Positions 61,229-64,000 of a DNA stretch of 64,000 nt are shown piece after piece (positions within the stretch are counted from its first letter, which is position 1; the number at the start of each line of letters is the position of its first letter). The DNA comes from the human T2T-CHM13v2.0 reference genome, Homo sapiens, in NCBI RefSeq assembly GCF_009914755.1, contig NC_060943.1; one strand, 5' to 3'. A program made the translations under genes and the position numbers. The notes below the pieces were generated by a model, which saw only the letters and a list, made by a program, of their open reading frames with translations, searched no databases and had not been told where the DNA came from.

Positions 61229-64000
61229 TTCAATGGTAGAATAGGAAATATCTTCCTATAGAAACTAGACAGAATGATTCTCAGAAACTCCTTTGTGATG
61301 TGTGCGTTCAACTCACAGAGTTCAACCTTTCTTTTCATAGAGCAGTTGGGAAACACTCTGTTTGTAAAGTCTGCAAGTGGATATTCAGACTTCTTTGAGG
61401 CCTTCGTTGGAAGCGGGATTTCTTCATATTCTGCTAGACAGAAGAATTCTCAGTAACTGCCTTGTGTTGTGTGTATTCAACTCACAGAGTTGAACGATCG
61501 TTTACACAGAGCAGACTTGAAACGCTCTTTTTGTGGAACTTGCAAGTGGAGATTTCAGCCGCTTTGAGGTCAATGGTAGAATAGGAAATATCTTCCTATA
61601 GAAACTAGACAGAATGATTCTCAGAAACTCCTTTGTGATGTGTGCGTTCAACTCACAGAGTTTAACCTTTCTTTTCATAGAGCAGTTAGGAAACACTCTG
61701 TTTGTAAAGTCTGCAAGTGGATATTCAGACCTCCTTGAGGCCTTCGTTGGAAACAGGATTTCTTCATATTATGCTAGACAGAAGAATTCTCAGTAACTTC
61801 CTTGTGTTGTGTGTATTCAATTCACAGAGTTGAACGATCCTTTACACAGAGCAGACTTGAAACACTCTTTTTGTGTAATTTGCAAGTGGAGATTTCAGCC
61901 GCTTTGAGGTCAATGGTAGAAAAGGAAATATCTTCGTATAAAAACTAGACAGAATGATTCTCAGAAACTCCTTTGTGATGTGTGCGTTCACCTCACAGAG
62001 TTTAACCTTTCTTTTCATAGAGCAGTTAGGAAACACTCTGTTTGTAAAGTCTGCAAGTGGATATTCAGACCTCCTTGAGGCCTTCGTTGGAAACGGGATT
62101 TCTTCATATTATGCTAGACAGAAGAATTCTCAGTAACTTCCTTGTGTTGTGTGTATTCAACTCACAGAGTTGAACGATCCTTTACACAGAGCAGACTTGA
62201 AACACTCTTTTTGTGGAATTTGCAAGTGGAGATTTCAGCCGCTTTGAGGTCAATGGTAGAATAGGAAATATCTTCATATAGAAACTAGACAGAATGATTC
62301 TCAGAAACTCCTTTGTGATGTGTGCGTTCAACTCACACAGTTTAACCTTTCTTTTCATAGAGCAGTTAGGAAACACTCTGTTTGTAAAGTCTGCAAGTGG
62401 ATATTCAGACCTCCTTGAGGCATTCGTTGGAAACGGGATTTCTTCATATTATGCTAGACAGAAGAATTCTCAGTAACTTCCTTGTGTTGTGTGTATTCAA
62501 CTCACAGAGTTGAACGATCCTTTACACAGAGCAGACTTGAAACACTCTTTTTGTGGAATTTGCAAGCGGAGATTTCAGCCGCTTTGAGTTCAATGGTAGA
62601 ATAGGAAATATCTTCCTATAGAAACTAGACAGAATGATTCTCAGAAACTCCTTTGTGATGTGTGCGTTCAACTCACAGAGTTCAACCTTTCTTTTAATAG
62701 AGCAGTTGGGAAACACTCTGTATGTAAAGTCTGCAAGTGGATATTCAGACTTCTTTGAGGCCTTCTTTGGAAGCGGGATTTCTTCATATTCTGCTAGACA
62801 GAAGAATTCTCAGTAACTTCCTTGTGTTGTGTGTATTCAACTCACAGAGTTGAACGATCCTTTACACAGAGCAGACTTGAAACACTCTTTTTGTGGAATT
62901 TGCAAGTGGAGATTTCAGCCGTTTTGAGGTCAATGGTAGAATAGGAAATATCTTCCTATAGAAACTAGACAGAATGATTCTCAGAAACTCCTTTGTGATG
63001 TGTGCGTTCAACTCACAGAGTTTAACCTTTCTTTTCATAGAGCAGTTAGGAAACACTCTGTTTGTAAAGTCTGCAAGTGGATATTCAGACATCCTTGAGG
63101 CTTTCGTTGGAAATGGGATTTCTTCATATTCTGCTAGACAGAAGAATTCTCAGTAACTTCCTTGTGTTGTGTGTATTCAACTCACAGAGTTGAACGATCC
63201 TTTACACAGAGCAGACTTGAAGCACTCTTTTTGTGGAATTTGCAAGTGGAGATTTCAGCCGCTTTCAGGTCAATGGTAGAATAGGAAATATCTTCCTATA
63301 GAAACTAGACAGAATGATTCTCAGAAACTCCTTTGTGATGTGTGCGTTCAACTCACAGAGTTTAACCTTTCTTTTCATAGAGCAGTTGGGAAACACTCTG
63401 TTTGTAAAGTCTGCAAGTGGATATTCAGACATCCTTGAGGCTTTCGTTGGAAACGGGATTTCTTCATATTCTGCTAGCAAGAAGAATTCTCAGTAACTTC
63501 CTTGTGTTGTGTGTATTCAACTCACAGAGTTGAACGATCCTTTACACAGAGCAGACTTGAAACACTCTTTTTGTGGAATTTGCAAGTGGAGATTTCAGCC
63601 GCTTTGAGGTCAATGGTAGAATAGGAAATATCTTCCTATAGAAACTAGACAGAATGATTCTCAGAAACTCCTTTGTGATGTGTGCGTTCAACTCACACAG
63701 TTTAACCTTTCTTTTCATAGAGCAGTTAGGAAACACTCTGTTTGTAAAGTCTGCAAGTGGATATTCAGACCTCCTTGATGCCTTCGTTGGAAACGGGATT
63801 TCTTCATATTCTGCTAGACAGAAGAATTCTCAGTAACTTCCTTGTGTTGTGTGTATTCAACTCACAGAGTTGAACGATCCTTTACACAGAGCAGACTTGA
63901 AACACTCTTTTTGTGGAATTTGCAAGTGGAGATTTCAGCCGCTTTGAGTTCAATGGTAGAATAGGAAATATCTTCCTATAGAAACTAGACAGAATGATTC
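59400..64000 (+). repeat. Long-range near-identical copy of ~38335-42935 (offset 21,065 bp), continuing to the window end
   Basis: Markers recur at +21065: GATCGTTTAC and GAAACGCTC (~40435/61500), GCAAGCGG (~41502/62567), the CTTCTTTGG box (41697/62762), the AAATGGGA box (42037/63102) and GCTAGCAAG (~42412/63477). Confidence 0.88.

Larger units (their letters stand above)
1..64000 (+). repeat. Alpha-satellite (alphoid) centromeric array, SF1 J1/J2 340-bp dimer, most likely D1Z7/D5Z2/D19Z3 (S1C1/5/19H1L) type
   Basis: TTTACACAGAGCAGACTTGAAACAC recurs at 1, 341, 681 ... 63881. 63880 = 188x340 - 40, and the deletions seen account for the 40 bp. Alphoid hallmarks are present (ATTCTCAGAAACT, TCAACTCACAGAGTT, GAAACACTCT, TGCAAGTGGA), with a CENP-B box in every second monomer and an EcoRI site per dimer. 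The family assignment is from recognition of the sequence, not from a search. Confidence 0.97.

Noticed and set aside
2-63836. Hundreds of 60-124 aa ORFs (MILRNSF..., MFPNCSM...) on both strands
   Set aside because: They are periodic translations of satellite DNA, overlapping on opposite strands and freely broken by frameshifts and stops, with no recognisable protein family.
1-64000. CRISPR-like or cassette-array interpretation of the regular repeat
   Set aside because: There are no unique spacers; the whole unit repeats head-to-tail, and no cas, integrase or recombinase gene is present.
1-64000. L1/Alu insertion, inversion or other embedded non-satellite element
   Set aside because: The 340-bp phase is fully accounted for (188x340 - 40 bp), all boxes are on the same strand, and no poly-A or target-site duplication was seen.
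1-64000. Assignment to a specific chromosome or to the active kinetochore domain
   Set aside because: The dimer family is shared by chromosomes 1, 5 and 19. CENP-A position is epigenetic and needs mapping and chromatin data.

Overview
The whole 64-kb window is one uninterrupted, single-orientation array of primate (human-type) centromeric alpha-satellite. It consists of 188 complete ~340-bp dimers (169 + 171 bp monomers) plus a 120-bp partial unit. Each dimer has one CENP-B box position, one pJalpha-type box, and (with one exception seen) one EcoRI site. This matches the suprachromosomal family 1 (J1/J2) dimeric array shared by human chromosomes 1, 5 and 19 (D1Z7/D5Z2/D19Z3); the chromosome cannot be fixed from this window alone. 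There are no genes, RNA genes, transposons or inversions, and all listed ORFs are repeat artefacts. I found no evidence of a novel gene system. The interesting content is the array's internal history, read by eye from shared SNVs and indels. It includes near-identical tandem duplications of 3,734 bp and 5,775 bp, older 2,720- and 5,435-bp-offset duplications, long-range block copies, mosaic dimers, deletion-only length variation (40 bp total) and patchy CENP-B box loss.
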